64,000 bases of DNA from Octopus vulgaris (Eukaryota), in the NCBI GenBank assembly GCA_951406725.2, contig OX597823.1:103602001-103666000 (forward strand), in the 5' to 3' direction. The notes beneath the pieces are model-generated. The model saw only the letters and a program-made list of their open reading frames with translations, was not told the origin of the DNA and did not search any database. Position 1 is the stretch's first letter, and each line of letters starts with the position of its first letter. This document shows positions 11,701 to 25,215 of this stretch, piece after piece. A program made the translations under genes and the position numbers.

Positions 11701-13855
11701 TATATATCGAGTTTAGTGAGTATGTATATGCGTATATGTGAGGGAGTATATGTATCTGTTGTGTGTGTGTGTTTTGCGTGTGTGTGTGTTTGTGTGTGAA
11801 TGTGTATATGGGTTTGTTATTTAGGTTTTGGGATGTATGTGTTAATTTGTTTGTGTGGGGAGGGAGTGGGTTTTGGTGTATATTGAGGTTTATAAGTTAG
11901 TATAGGTATGTGTATAAGTCGTGGGTCTGTGGTTTTATGTGTGTGTATTTGTGTGTGAATGTTTAGGTTAGGGGGATTGCTATATAGGTTTGTTATAGAG
12001 TTTAGCAAAGGGAGATTTTATCGTTATATGTTTTTGAGAGTTTTGGTTTATCATGGTTTTTTTAGGGAATTCGTGGTAATTTGTCTATTTTCGATGTTGG
12101 TTGTTTTATTACATTGTTTCATTCATAATTTTTGAGTGGTGTTCGTTTTGCCACGTGAATATTATTTTTAATTCCATTTATTCCATTTCTCCATTCATTA
12201 ATTTAGAGATGTTCGTTTCCAGAGCGGTTATACTTTTTATACATATGTTAAGTTCCTTGGTAAAGTAATTTTGTTTGGTGTATATGTTGTGGCTTATATG
12301 TACTTGTGGGTGTGTGTGAGTGGGGTGGGTGTTTGTATTTGTTATGGGTGTGTGGTTTACGTGTGTGTTTTTGTGTGTGAATGTATAGGTTAAAGGGATT
12401 GCTATATAAGTATGTTATAGTGTTTAGTAAAGGGAGGTTTTATCATTTCTGTTTTGTGAGTTTTAGCTTATCATGGTAGTTTTATAAAAGAATCCATTCA
12501 TAATTTTTGTGTTTATTTGTCTGTGTGGGGTTGAGTGGGTTTTTGGAGTATATGTTGAGGTTTATATGTATGTATTGGTATGTGTAAGTGGTGTGGGTAT
12601 TTGTATATGTCGTGGGTGTGTGGTTTACGTGTGTGTATTTGTGTGTGAATGTTTAGGTTAGGGGGATTGCTATATAGGTATGTTATAGAGTTTAGTAAAG
12701 GGAGATTTTATCATTATATGTTTTTGTGAGTTTTGGTTTATCATGGTAGGTTTGTTAAGGAATTACTCTCACCCATCCGCACGGATGTGAATCTCCGGTG
12801 TATATGTTGAGGCTTATATGTAGCGCTGTGGAGGCGAACGTCGTTGAAATTGTGAATGAATGGGTGGAGTTGGGAATTGTAACCGGGTGGTGGACTAGCG
12901 TTGCTTGGAATGTGAGTGGAATAGTGTAGTAGTGAGGTAGGCATCGAGAATAGGTTTGGGTTGCTGTAAGTTGTTTGTTAGAGCTGCTAAGGTGAGCTAA
13001 AGCTCATAAATGTATATAATGATTTTTCATGGTAGTTTTTTAAAGAATCCATTCATAATAAATTTTTTTTGTAGCGTTGGTTTGCCACGTGGATATAGTT
13101 TTTAGTTCCATTTATTCTTTTTCTCCATTCATAATTTTAAATGACGTTTACTTTCCATGACGCGTATTCTTTTTTTTACATAGTAAAGGGAGATTTTATC
13201 ATTATATGTTTTTGTGAGTTTTGGTTTATCATGGTAGGTTTGTTAAGGAATTCGTAGTAATTTGTGTATATTTGCGATGTCTGTTGTTTTATTGCATTGT
13301 TTCATTCATAATTTTTAAGTAGTGTTCGTTTTACCAAGTGAATATAATTTTTAATTCCATTTATTCCATTTCTCCGTTCATAATTTTGAGTGATGTCCGT
13401 TTTCTAGAGCGTGAATGTGGGTTGTATGTGTGTGTGTGTGGGACTATGAATAAGTATTGTGTTGAAGTATTTAGCTATTTTATTTATTTTTAGTTGCCTA
13501 GACGTTTTTATGTGTATGTACAGGGATATATATATAGGTGTGTGATTTAGTGTATGTAGTTAGATATGGTTATATATAATTAGGTATATGTGTATGGGTG
13601 TATATATAGTTTATTATTATATTATTATTATTTTTTTGTTTTGTTTTATATTTTATATTTTATATTTTATATTTTATATTTTATATTTAATTGTTGATAG
13701 GTTTATTTTAGTTTATATATTGTTTATATATTGATTATATATGGATTATATATAGGTTATATATGGATTATATATTTATATTTTTTCATTCATACTTTAA
13801 TTATTTTAAAATTATTATTTGTATATTTTAAAATATTGATATTTTAGATTGAAGT

Positions 13856-13898
13856 CCACCTGAAGATTGTCGATCAAGACAAGACACGATTGTAGTGG
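13856..13898 (+). ncRNA. Hammerhead copy in the right arm, GAAAC mutated to GACAC
   Basis: ccac-CTGAAGA-ttgtc(gatcaa)gacaa-GACAC-gatt-GTA-gtgg. Confidence 0.65.
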
Positions 13899-13986
13899 CG
13901 GTTTTTTTGACTATTTATTAAAATTTTATGTATTGATTAAGTATTTCCTTGTTTGTTTTGCAAAATAGTGGTTTTGTCTCTAATAA

Positions 13987-14034
<48 letters not shown>

Positions 14035-14093
14035 TACATATATATACATATATACATATATATACATATATATATACATATATATACACACAC

Positions 14094-14124
<31 letters not shown>

Positions 14125-14139
14125 CATATATATATATAT

Positions 14140-14228
<89 letters not shown>

Positions 14229-14899
14229 CATATATATATATATATATATATGTGAGTGTATATATATACGCATACATATATAAATTATCGTCCATATAAC
14301 ATTTATATATAGGGTATGTTATGCGAATAATAATATTTTGAAATACATATTTTCATATATATATATATATATGTGTGTGTTTATATATCGTTGTGTGTAT
14401 GCCTGTATGCTTGTGTGTGTGTGTATAAGAAACTGATAGACTAAATACAATTTACGATAAAAATTCGTCAATTTTATTTTGATTAAAATACTAGCGTCTT
14501 TAGAACAACAACTTTTCGATGCTGTCCGCCTGCTTTACCGCCTTTGACTGACACTCACTCCTACTTCGTTTGCTGTGTTACTCTTCTCTCCGTCTAGCGT
14601 GGCCTACAGGTCATTTTGCGTTTTATTATATCTAAGATAATACTGTGTGAATTTACACGTTTATTGTTAGTAGGTGTATTGAGGTTGGGATGTCGAAGTG
14701 GATTGGTAACTAGTGGAGGTGGTTTGTTGATATGTCTAGTTTGTAAGGATTTTGTAGATTTATCAAAGTATAGATACGTGAACTGTGCATGTGCATCGAG
14801 CAGGTTTAATGGGAAAATGGAAAGCTGGCCTGGTTAACTTTGGTACCGTCATCTTAGCATAGTAATTATCTTGCATTTAGCGAGTATAAACGCGTCTAA

Positions 14900-15200
14900 A
14901 TGGACATATTTGGTGAAAATCTATGTTCTGGATTTTAAACAACTGCCATGTCTCTAAGACTTTATGAGTATGTGCGTTCCTTTTGATGTACAGAGGATGT
15001 TTTCCTTTCATCAATTCACGTGTTGTTTTCGTGGACCCTCCATTTGATGTTATAAGCCGTGTTATTGTTCCCCAGTTTCCAGATGTGGTTTTCTAGCCAC
15101 ATGCTATTTTTTTTCACAGTGTGGTCAAATGATGACTCAAAAACGTACCCAAATATATGTACGCGGGGTTTTCTCAGCATTCAAGCGTGTGAATGACTAG
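14900..15200 (-). pseudogene. Highly degraded PLE GIY-YIG-like fragment
   Basis: Across frameshifts the minus strand gives RTYI..., LENHIWKL and NNTAYNIKWRV, resembling the KTYIG...LAKHAWELK...FNVT segment at 41883-42110. Confidence 0.35.
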
Positions 15201-15244
15201 TTTTTGAAGTTCCAGACATCTATATTTTTGTTATTGCTATTATT

Positions 15245-15752
15245 CTTATTTCTTTATTGCCTACAAGGGGCTAAACATAGAGGGGACAAACAAGAAGAGA
15301 CAAAGGGGTTAAGTCGACCCCGAAAGAATGAAAGGCAAAGTCGACCTCGGCGGAATTAGAACTCAGAACATAACGGTAGACGAAATACCAGTTTCTTTAC
15401 TGCCCACAAAGGGCTACACACAGAGGGGACAAACGGATTAAGTCGATTATATCGACCTCAGTACGTAACTGGTACTTATTTAATCGACCCCGAAAGGACG
15501 AAAGACAAAGTCGACCTCGGCGGAATTAGAACTCAGAACATAACGGTAGACGAAATACCAGTTTCTTTACTGCCCACAAAGGGCTACACACAGAAGGGAC
15601 AAACGGATTAAGTCGATTATATCGACCTCAGTACGTAACTGGTACTTATTTAATCGACCCCGAAAGGACGAAAGACAAAGTCGACCTCGGCGGAATTTGA
15701 ACTCAGAACGTGGCGGCAGACGAAATACCGCTAAATATTTCGCCCGGCGTGT
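15245..15752 (-). mobile_element. Three tandem partial copies of a tRNA-SINE (family of 43613-43822), 180-bp period
   Basis: gtcgacctcggcggaatt(a/t)gaactcagaac recurs at ~15340, ~15520 and ~15680; the 15331-15510 block is repeated 180 bp later. Confidence 0.85.
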
Positions 15753-16314
15753 TAAAAGTCTCTGATCCTTCTTATTATTGTGACTGCTGCTAGTTTTGCT
15801 ACTGTCATTGCTGCTGTTGGTCTTGCTGCTATTATAAGCGGTTCTGATTCTAGCATAAGTGGCATATCATTTTCTTCTATGAGTTAAGATCTGTTGCTAT
15901 AACATCAATGCATATGGCAGTCTCAGATATTGGCATAAAGAAGTCGTCACTCATTTATAACTGTAGTTACGAAGGCATTCACCTCGCCTTTTTGATCGCT
16001 TTTCGCTTTCTTCTCGTCTCTCGTCTGCATAAGCTAAAATTAATTTCATTTGTTAGCTGCATACATGTGTAGTAAGTCTTTGATATCTGTCACTTCTGAA
16101 TGTTCTGAGCTGTGATGGTTATGACGGGCGTATTATATAGTTTAATGGTTAAGATAGCGATTCCTGTATCTGCATTTGGAAACCAGTTCGTACTATTTGT
16201 ATGTGCTCGTGTAGCTGAATGTGTCTGAGTGTATCTGAAGTTATATATTCAAAGAGTGTGATATATATGCATGCACACACACGCGCAAATAAGTAAATCA
16301 ATATATATACAAAC

Positions 16315-16382
<68 letters not shown>

Positions 16383-17121
16383 ATATATGTATATATATAT
16401 ATATATATATAAGTAGATAAATGGTATAAGGCACCTATATGTATATATATATATATATGAATATGTATATGCATGCATATGTATCCACTCACATAAACCT
16501 ATATATAGTTACACTTACACATCCATATTTATATATGTATTTATAAACCTTATCTTTATTGATGAGTATGTGGTTATGTTGCTAGAAAGTCACCAGAACA
16601 GATTTATTGAACAAAAACTAATTGTACTCTCATTATCTCGAGTATTCTATGAATCAAGAATGGTCAATGTAAATAACAAAACAAAATAGTGTGCCTATCA
16701 CCTTTAACTCATAAATTGTACTTGCACCTTCATGGCAAGTAGAGCTGAGATCAACCAAGAGGCGGAATTCGTGGAAGTTCTCATATTTATAAACTTAATT
16801 ATGTATTCATGGGAAATATTCCGAACAGATTCGGTGCTCGTCCAAGAAGGTAGTAGAGCACGAGCGCTTGAATTCGTGGTTGCTACACTAATCATTCATT
16901 CATGAGAGTGTGGATGGTTATCGAATGTGAAATAATTAACTGCATGAGAACAAGAAAAGAAAATGTAAAGAGCTTTATTATGTTGATGGTGAATAGAAAG
17001 AGAAACGAAAAAACATTTACGTTTCGGATATCAATTCTTAATGGAAATTTCAGGATCAGAGGTGAAGAACCAAGCGGAATGTAAACGAAAGAAAATGTAT
17101 TGACATGAATTCATACAAATA

Positions 17122-17154
<33 letters not shown>

Positions 17155-17159
17155 TAGTG

Positions 17160-17617
17160 ATAAAAATCATTTCTTCTCACACAGCTTCAGGCTCAACACG
17201 GAGGGCTACACCAAATACCTGGAGGAGTTAGTACTGTCCTAGGCGAGAAGGGTGGCTGCTGGAAGACCTTATGTCTGGCAACAGGACTCTGTACCATACT
17301 ATACATCACCCTTAACGTTTGACCACCTAACCCCACAGACTGCAACCCCCTTGATTATTATGTGTGAGACCAACAAAACTCCATGTACTACCAAAGATGA
17401 ACTGGAGACAAGGATTATGGCAGCATTCACCAACTTAAACAAGGAGACCGTCCAGAAGAGTTGCAGGAGGCCGTGGTTGAAGCCACTGGCGATTTTATTG
17501 AATAAATTTACTCTTTAGTATTTCAAGCTATTTTTATGTATATATATATCTGTTAAAATAAGTTGTCAGTGTTATTTTCATTTTCGCATAATTTAGACGA
17601 CAATTTATTCACCGCAC

Positions 17618-17622
<5 letters not shown>
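17160..17622 (+). mobile_element. Tc1/mariner-superfamily 3' relic with right TIR
   Basis: Encodes GRPYVWQQDS...; ends ...gacgacaatttattcaccgcaccct followed by (TA)n. Confidence 0.65.
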
Positions 17623-17698
<76 letters not shown>

Positions 17699-17704
17699 TA
17701 CATT

Positions 17705-17910
17705 CAATATGTGACCGCGTGTGTATCGTTGGCGATTTTTTTATCCTCCGCCTTCCTTTCCTTTTCCTATGTTTCGGACGAAGAGCTCCGCTCGAAACGT
17801 TAAATCCTCCTTCTTTCCTTCTTTCCTGAGCGTCCAATAACACTATACTTGTTCCGCGTCCTCGCGTTGTTGTGTCTTCTCTTTGTGTTTTCATGTTTGG
17901 ATTAACTATA
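17705..17910 (+). mobile_element. Solo PLE-type pLTR with a degenerate hammerhead (17771-17805), inserted in (TA)n
   Basis: gttt-CGGACGA-a-gagc(tcc)gctc-GAAAC-GTT-aaat; the tail ttcctgagcgtccaataa... is shared with 39885-39965 and resembles 57600-57680. Confidence 0.65.
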
Positions 17911-18139
17911 TATATATATATATACATATACATACATACATATACATATATATATATATATATAAGAAAGTTTGTTTGGTAAAGCACGTGGGTGAATATA
18001 TAAGAAAATAGTAAAGTGTGAAAAAACGACAGAAGGCTTAAATGTTAAAAAATATATATATTTGTGTCAAAATGTCTGGAGAATATTGGAAAAATTTTTT
18101 TTTTCCTTTCCTTAAAATGACATAATTTTAAAATTTTTA

Positions 18140-18179
18140 AAGAAATTACCGGTTTCGCGTGTAGCTTTTCAAATTTCTT
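18140..18179 (-). ncRNA. Minimal hammerhead, U3-A8 variant, in the PLE 3' pLTR
   Basis: aagaaat-TTGAAAA-gc(tacac)gc-GAAAC-cg-GTA-atttctt: 7-bp stem I and palindromic stem III ACCGGT. Confidence 0.7.
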
Positions 18180-18314
18180 GTGACGTTATGTTTATATTGC
18201 ATGGAGTTATCGTTGTTTTTATTTCCAGGAGATTTCTAAATAAAGGGAGGTAGTGAGTGATTTCTTCCGGTGTAAGGGAGATAATCGCTTAAAATTTTTT
18301 TTCCCTTTTCCTTG

Positions 18315-19085
18315 TTAATTTCTCTGTGTCAGTATGTTCGGATGGCTGAGTCTGGGTTTGTACTTTTCAATGAAGAATGTTTCCTTGTTCAGTCTCATTT
18401 GGTAAAATGGGAAGATTAAAAATTGTGGCAGTAGTTGCTTTGCGCATTTCTCAATGTGCTCACTAAAAGGTATCATTCTATATTCTGGGAATGCAATCTG
18501 TTGTCGATGCAGTGTGCATCTACGCCTGAGTGATAGTCCCGTGGAACCCACGTAGTCTTGGTGGCAACCCGAGCATTTAATAACATAAATTATGTTTTCA
18601 GAGGCACAAGTAAAGTTAGATTTGATCTTAAATTTCTGTCTCTCTTTAAAGAAGAATTCTGATCCTTCCAATAGGTTAGGACATGTTGCACAGTTCGATC
18701 TACCACATTTTTTTACTTTTGCATCCGTAATTTTAGAAGACAATTTTGCCTTTGTGAGAATCTTTTTAAGTGATTTAGGCTGTTTGTAGCTTTTAATGAT
18801 TTGGTGTATGTTTAGAATTTCCTTTAATTTTGGGTTTTTATGAAGTATTGGTAAATTCTGGGTGATGATGGTGAAGGCTTCTTTGTTTCTGGGGTTGTAT
18901 GTAGATATGTAAGGTAGTATTTTCGGGGAAGGTGTGTTGTTGTGTTGAACTTTTCTTAAAGTTTCTATGTTGATTTCTGTTGCACGTCTGATCCCATCCT
19001 CTATGAGTTGAGCTGGGTAATGTCTGTCAATTAGGGTGTTTTTGAGTTCTTGCAGTCTAAAGTTCCTGGTATTTTGTTCTGACAC
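18315..19085 (-). pseudogene. PLE thumb/linker + GIY-YIG endonuclease fragment
   Basis: KKCGRSNCATC linker, FTCASENIIYVIKCSGCHQDYVGSTG (GIY-YIG), C-terminal KETFFIEKYKPRL. Confidence 0.9.
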
Positions 19086-19129
19086 TATTGTGCATATCCT
19101 TCTTGCAAGGTTGAAAGGGGATGTTTGTT

Positions 19130-19670
19130 TTAGTGTGTCTTGGGTGGCATGAATTAAAAAGAAGGTATTGTTTGGCGTCTGTGGCTTTGTAAAAAATGTC
19201 TGTTTCTATTTTAAGGTTAATTTTTTAAATTAGTATATCCAAGAACGGGAGCTCCTTTTGGTTGTATTCCATTGTGAACTGTATATTTGGGTTTATGCTG
19301 TTCAATAGGTTTTTAAATTTTAGGAGTTTATCTATGTTTTCATTCCAGAGAATGAAACAATCGTCTAGGAATCGTTTCCAATTCTCTTTTATGTATTGAG
19401 AGAGGGAGTTTCCAAAGATTGATAGAGATTCCTGGTAAATGATTATTTCCATGTATCCCATTGTTAAGTTCGCAATGACTGGTGCTGCCCTTGTACCCAT
19501 AGCAATTCCGGATTTTTGACGGTAAAATGTATTGCCAAACATGAAGTGGTTATTGTGTAGGATGAATTCAATTGATTTAGTAATGAATTCCTTACTGATC
19601 CTTTTTGGTATTTCTTCCGGAAATTGGTCTAACCAGAATTGTATTGCCTCCAGTCCATAATTATGAGGTA
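19130..19670 (-). pseudogene. PLE reverse transcriptase core fragment
   Basis: QKSGIAMGTRAAPVIANLTM, WKRFLDDCFILW and LPFLDILI, then frameshifted YKATDAKQYL..HP. Confidence 0.92.
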
Positions 19671-19762
19671 TATTTTTCCAATATTCTCCAGACATTTTGA
19701 CACAAATATATATATTTTTTAACATTTAAGCCTTCTGTCGTTTTTTCACACTTTACTATTTT

Positions 19763-19864
<102 letters not shown>

Positions 19865-19928
19865 CATACATACATACATACATACATACACACATACATA
19901 TCATACATATATACACATATATATATAT

Positions 19929-19980
<52 letters not shown>

Positions 19981-20204
19981 ATGTATCTATGTATGTATGC
20001 ATTTCGGAGATAAACATATTTACATATACTTACACTTGCATAAAAATAGATATCATATTGTAATGGAATTAGCATGTGATCAAGGAAACTAATGTTATCA
20101 GCGTGTGTCCAGATAGGGGCGGTGATACTACTACTGCTGCTGCTGCCGCCGCCACCACCACCGCCGCCGCCGCCACCACCACCACCACCACCACCAGCAC
20201 CACA

Positions 20205-20269
<65 letters not shown>

Positions 20270-21174
20270 ATTAAAGTGTTAATATTGTTACCGTTACTGT
20301 TACAGTGCTAAGCGTATTGTGACGGGCTAAAGGATCAGTGATGACATATTTTGGCTTCCATCTTTCTGAGAGGAAACACTGATGGAACTTAGGCTACATT
20401 GACTAGACCAGGAACGAATACTTTGCCTTCTTCAGGCAGGTGGGATTTGAACTCGGAACGTAAAGAGCTGGAAGATGTACCGTAAAGTATTTCTGCTGAT
20501 GCGCCAACAATTTTGCCCCTCTCTCACCCACAGGCGAAAGTGAAAACAAGTGTTTTGCTCAAACACACATTACGCAGGCTGGTCTGGGAAACGAACTCAC
20601 GATTCGGTGATCGTTAATGCGACATCCTAACCACTAGGCCAATCACCGTCACTAATTTGCTGTATTAGTTCTTCAAAATATCTGGTTGTATGTCTGCCAG
20701 AAAATGCTATATACCGTCCTTTCGGGTAGTGGATTAACAAAAGCTATATCAAGTCGTTGTTCCAAGTTCCATTAAGACATTACTCAAAACTCGCTGAATT
20801 GAATACTACCTTTCCTTGTTTCACGGTTGTTTACAATAAATAACACTAATATATTAGCTCCAAAGCTACCATATTTTCCCGTTATATAAGTCGACGTACC
20901 ACTCAAATTTGGTACTATTCAAATTTGCGGGTCTTCTCAAATACTGGTCGCCATTTTTATTCTGGTTCAAGGAAGATCTGGGTTTCGATTTATTTCTATT
21001 CATGTTACAAGAATATTTCAAAACAGCAAGCATGGCTCGGCGGGAATTCACTTCACAATCGAATCCCGTTCCTCTCAGCGGTAAGTATCTTCTACCATAG
21101 CAGCTAGCTGACCGATCCTTTATGAGTGTATTTGGTAGATGGAAGGCGTCTACAAGCCCGTCGTCTGTATGTAT

Positions 21175-21399
21175 ATATATCTTTTATCTTTTACTTGTTT
21201 CAGTCATCAAACTGCGGTCATGATGGAGCACTGTCTTAAACTTTTAGTCAAATGAATCGACCCCAGTACTCATCTTTTTTTAAGCCTGGTACTTATTCTA
21301 TCAGTCTCTTTTGCCGAATCGCTAGGACATGGGGACGCAAACGCACCAACACCGGTTATTAAGCGAGCGGTGGGTGAAAAAACAAATACAGATACAAAG

Positions 21400-21452
<53 letters not shown>

Positions 21453-21490
21453 CATACATATATATATACATACGACGGGCTTCTTTTCAT
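21175..21490 (-). mobile_element. tRNA-SINE 3' part (family of 24195-24665)
   Basis: cttttacttgtttcagtca...tcgaccccagtact...cgacgggcttcttt. Confidence 0.75.
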
Positions 21491-21753
21491 ACATACATAC
21501 ATACATACATACATGCATGCATACATGCATGCATACATACATACATACATGCATACACACATACAAACATACATACATACATACATACATACATACATAC
21601 ATACATACATACATACATGCATACATACATGCATACATACATACATACATACATACATACATACATACATGCATACATACATACATACATACATACATAC
21701 ATACATACATACATACATACATACATACATGCATACATACATACATATATATG

Positions 21754-22723
21754 CATAAATAATGCGTTTTTTTATCATTTATTTTTCAAAATTAAGATAA
21801 ACAAAGTTCTTTTTTAATTTACAATATACTCTCTCCATTTTCTATAATGCTCTTCCATCTATCTGCTAGAGTTACAAGGCCCCTCTTCCAAAATTTACTT
21901 GTCCTTGACGAAAATATTCCTCCAGTACAGTTCTGACATCGTCTACAGAAACCATTTTTTTCTGTCGAAATGAGTTTGAAGACTGCGGAATAAATGATAA
22001 TCAGAAGGGACAATAACCTGCGAATATGGTGGGTGGAGCATCGTTCCCCATTTAAACTGCTCCAGCCTTTGGAATGTCATCCTCGTTATATGTGGCCTAG
22101 GATTATTCTGATAGAAAAACATCTTCCATCTTGAAACCAAAGATGGTCGTCTTTCTTCTAGTGCTGACTTAAGCCGCTCAGGCTTCTCGCATCTCCTTTG
22201 TTATCGTTTGTTTGGGTTTAAAAATTCAAAGTGGACCAAACTGTTCATATCCCACCAAACATCTTACGTGGGTGAAGACCTTCTTTAGCGCATGGGGTGC
22301 CAGTGTTTCTCCTTTCCCTTCCCAGCGTTCCACCAGAATTTGCAGCACGTCCTGAGCTCTACATCTCTTCCTGGATGAGGCTTGTCTTCTAGGCTGTAGT
22401 TTCCGGCTCGAAATTTCTGGAACCACCGTCGATACTGGCTTACGCTGTTTGTCCGAACCCCATATACTGTATTAATATTCCTCGTGTTGCGTTGTTGCAT
22501 TTTTTTTTTAAGCTCATAAAGCAAAATATGGCGAATATGCTCTTTTGTTATTTCCATTATAGCATTAAAAATCGAACTGCACTCTTCAAAACTTGCACTA
22601 GACATAAGAACAAGGTAAAATTAATAAGAAAAAGGTAAAAGTTAATGCGAGTAGTTTATCTCGCCCCCTCCAACTTTTAGTTCTTTGAATTGAAAAAACC
22701 GCATTATTTATGGGAAGATCCAA
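21754..22723 (-). mobile_element. Mariner (Mos1-like) element, degraded
   Basis: Encodes MEITKEHIRHILLYE...RRWFQKFRAGNYSLED and QNNPRPH...HPPYSQVIVPSDYHLFRSL. TIR halves are cataaataatgcg (21754) and cgcattatttatgggaagatccaa (22700-22723). Confidence 0.88.
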
Positions 22724-22731
22724 TATAGATA

Positions 22732-23591
22732 CAAGTTGGTATCAAAAAATCCCTGGACTAATTCTGTAGCGTGCCAACAGTTGGCAACACAAGGTTGCGT
22801 TTGCAATGAGAGCGAGCAGGGACTTTCGTGAGGTAGTGTGCCGATTGACATTGCTGTGTTTGCTTCACAAGTTGTGAAATTTGTGCGTTTATGATCACGT
22901 GTATGCTATAGTCTGGGATTTTGTCATGGACTGGAACATAGAGCCAACGTGAAATTTTGAGTTAAACTTGAGACGTCTAATATAGCGACATTGAACATGC
23001 TTCAGTAAGCTTACGGCAACAAGGCAATGAGTCGTACACAACGTTTCGAGTGGCACGGGCGCTTCAAAAGCGGAAGAACGTCCATGGAAGACGATAAGCG
23101 ATCTGGAAGACCAAACACGAGCGTCACACCCGGAACATGTGGTGTTGTGCATCGAGAATTCATTCGCCAGGTCCAGACCACCAATCAAGTGTTCTACTGC
23201 GACGTTTCGAAGCATTTGAGGGAGAACATTCAGCGAAAGCGACCGGATCGATGGAACGCAAAGAATTCGATTCTCCACCGAGCTCTTCTCACTCGTGAGT
23301 TCCTTGCCAAAACAACATAGTATCGCTTCCGCACCCACCCTATTAGCATTTGTGGACTTCCATCTCTTCCCCAAGATGAAAATGCAACTCAAAAGTTTGC
23401 CATTTTACACTGTTGTCGAGATCAAGAGCAAATTGCCGAAGGTCCTCGACTCGTTTACAGAAAATTACTTCCAGGCCGGATTCAAAAAGTGGCAGGAATG
23501 CTGGAACCGGTGTATTGCTGCGCAAGGTGACTATTTCGAAGGAGATGATGTTAAAACATAACTACTCCTGGAACTTTTTGATACCACCTCG
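22732..23591 (+). mobile_element. Internally deleted mariner with both TIRs
   Basis: TIRs caagttggtatcaaaaa... and ...tttttgataccacctcg. Encodes FEWHGRFKSGRTSMEDDKRSGRP and DFHLFPKMK...WNRCIAAQGDYFEG. Confidence 0.88.
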
Positions 23592-24194
23592 TTTATATAT
23601 ATATATATAAAACGATAATTTATTAAGTAACCAGAAGATCGATTTTGTATTAATCTGTATTTTGTACAACAGTCGTTTCGACCCATCTTGCTACTGTCCC
23701 TTATGGGCGGGACTCCTTTCAACATCTTGTGTTGCATCCATTACGCAGTCTGGGTCTCATCAGGTACATCCATACATAAAGTTGTATCTCGCTAAAGATC
23801 CTGAGTTTAGGCTGCCATGTTATATGCCCATTTGGTTAGGAAATGAGATATCACTACAATTTTCAGTTACTATTATCTTTCCATAATAAGAATTGCATAT
23901 AGACAACTTGACATCCGATGTTGGCTTCTAGATCTCCCTGTAACATAGCAGTTGGTGAAAAAGAAACTGACAGAATAAGAAAAGGGCTAGATTTGTTCGT
24001 CTAGACACATCAAAACCGTGCCCTATCACGCCTGAAGTTTACAGTCTGAAACATGTATAAAAGCAAAAGAGCAGAAGCACCTTCTCTACTCTCTTCCCAT
24101 TTCGTCTTATTAAAACCTTCTTCGATTTTATTTTTCGGTGAAGTGAATTCAGAAAGCTGGTTTCGATTCCCGCTTTAAGTCATTTTGTTTCAAA

Positions 24195-24366
24195 AGGCGT
24201 AGGGGTGGCTGTGTGGTAAGTAGCTTGCTTATGAACCACATGGTTTCGGGTTCAGTCCCACTGCATGGTACCTTGGGCAAGTGTCTTCTACTATAGTCTC
24301 GGGCCGACCAAAGCCTTGTGAGTGGATTTGGTAGCCGGAAACTGAAAGAAGCCCGTCGTATATATG

Positions 24367-24435
<69 letters not shown>

Positions 24436-24665
24436 GTGTGCGTGTATGATTGTGTGTCTGTGTTTGTCCCCCCAACATCACTTTATAACCGATGCTGGCG
24501 TGTTTACGTCCCGTAACTTAGCGGATCGGCAAAAGGGGCCGATAGAATAAGTACTGGGCTCACAAAGAATAAGTCCTGGGGTCGATTTGCTCGACTAAAG
24601 GCGGTGCTCCACCATGGCCACAGTCACATGACTGAAACAAGTAAAAGTGTAAAAAGTATAAAGAG
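24195..24665 (+). mobile_element. Full-length tRNA-derived SINE with an internal microsatellite
   Basis: A box tggctgtgtgg, B box gggttcagtccc, conserved ccttgggcaagt segment, tail gactgaaacaagtaaaag. Related copies at 34167-34590, 60635-61080 and 62230-62500. Confidence 0.88.
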
Positions 24666-24718
24666 TAAATATTTCTGAAAGTATAAACTTCACAACCTAC
24701 CACTCCTAACCCTCTCAC

Positions 24719-24749
<31 letters not shown>

Positions 24750-25147
24750 ACCTCTCTCTCTCTCTCACAGATTCATTTCTTATGAATCTAAGATTCAAAT
24801 ATTTCGCCACTATTCAACTCAGCAATTTCATTCTCTCTCACCCACCAATATTTTCATACTTCTTAGTTCTCTTTTAACAATCCATGTTTAATCCAATATA
24901 TTTATTTTGCTCTGAAACAATGTATGTTAAAGGCTTCGGACATACGAGACGGTATTGTCTGACTGTGTAAATAAATGGACTTGGGTTTTTAAGATATATT
25001 AAATGAATGATCATACACAATGAGTATTAAGCGCAAAGAGAATATACGGTAAAGACCTTGCCTTAGGAGCAGCACAAATAGAAAGTGAATTTTGACTTCA
25101 TATAAGATTTCATATAAGATACTCTTAGAAAAATTTCCATCTCTCTC

Positions 25148-25215
<68 letters not shown>

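Larger units (their letters stand above)
8654..13991. mobile_element. Giant foldback element, probably a non-autonomous PLE derivative with inverted and tandem pLTRs
   Basis: 8654-9465 is the reverse complement of 13181-13991, and 9394-10167 of ~11993-12764. A direct duplication with 1740-bp offset spans 10302-11440 vs 12042-13180. Both sides are flanked by (TA)n. Confidence 0.8.

Noticed and set aside
11001-12944. Identical 67-aa ORF at 11001-11204 and 12741-12944
   Set aside because: The identity follows from the recent 1740-bp duplication, and the peptide has no recognisable domain.
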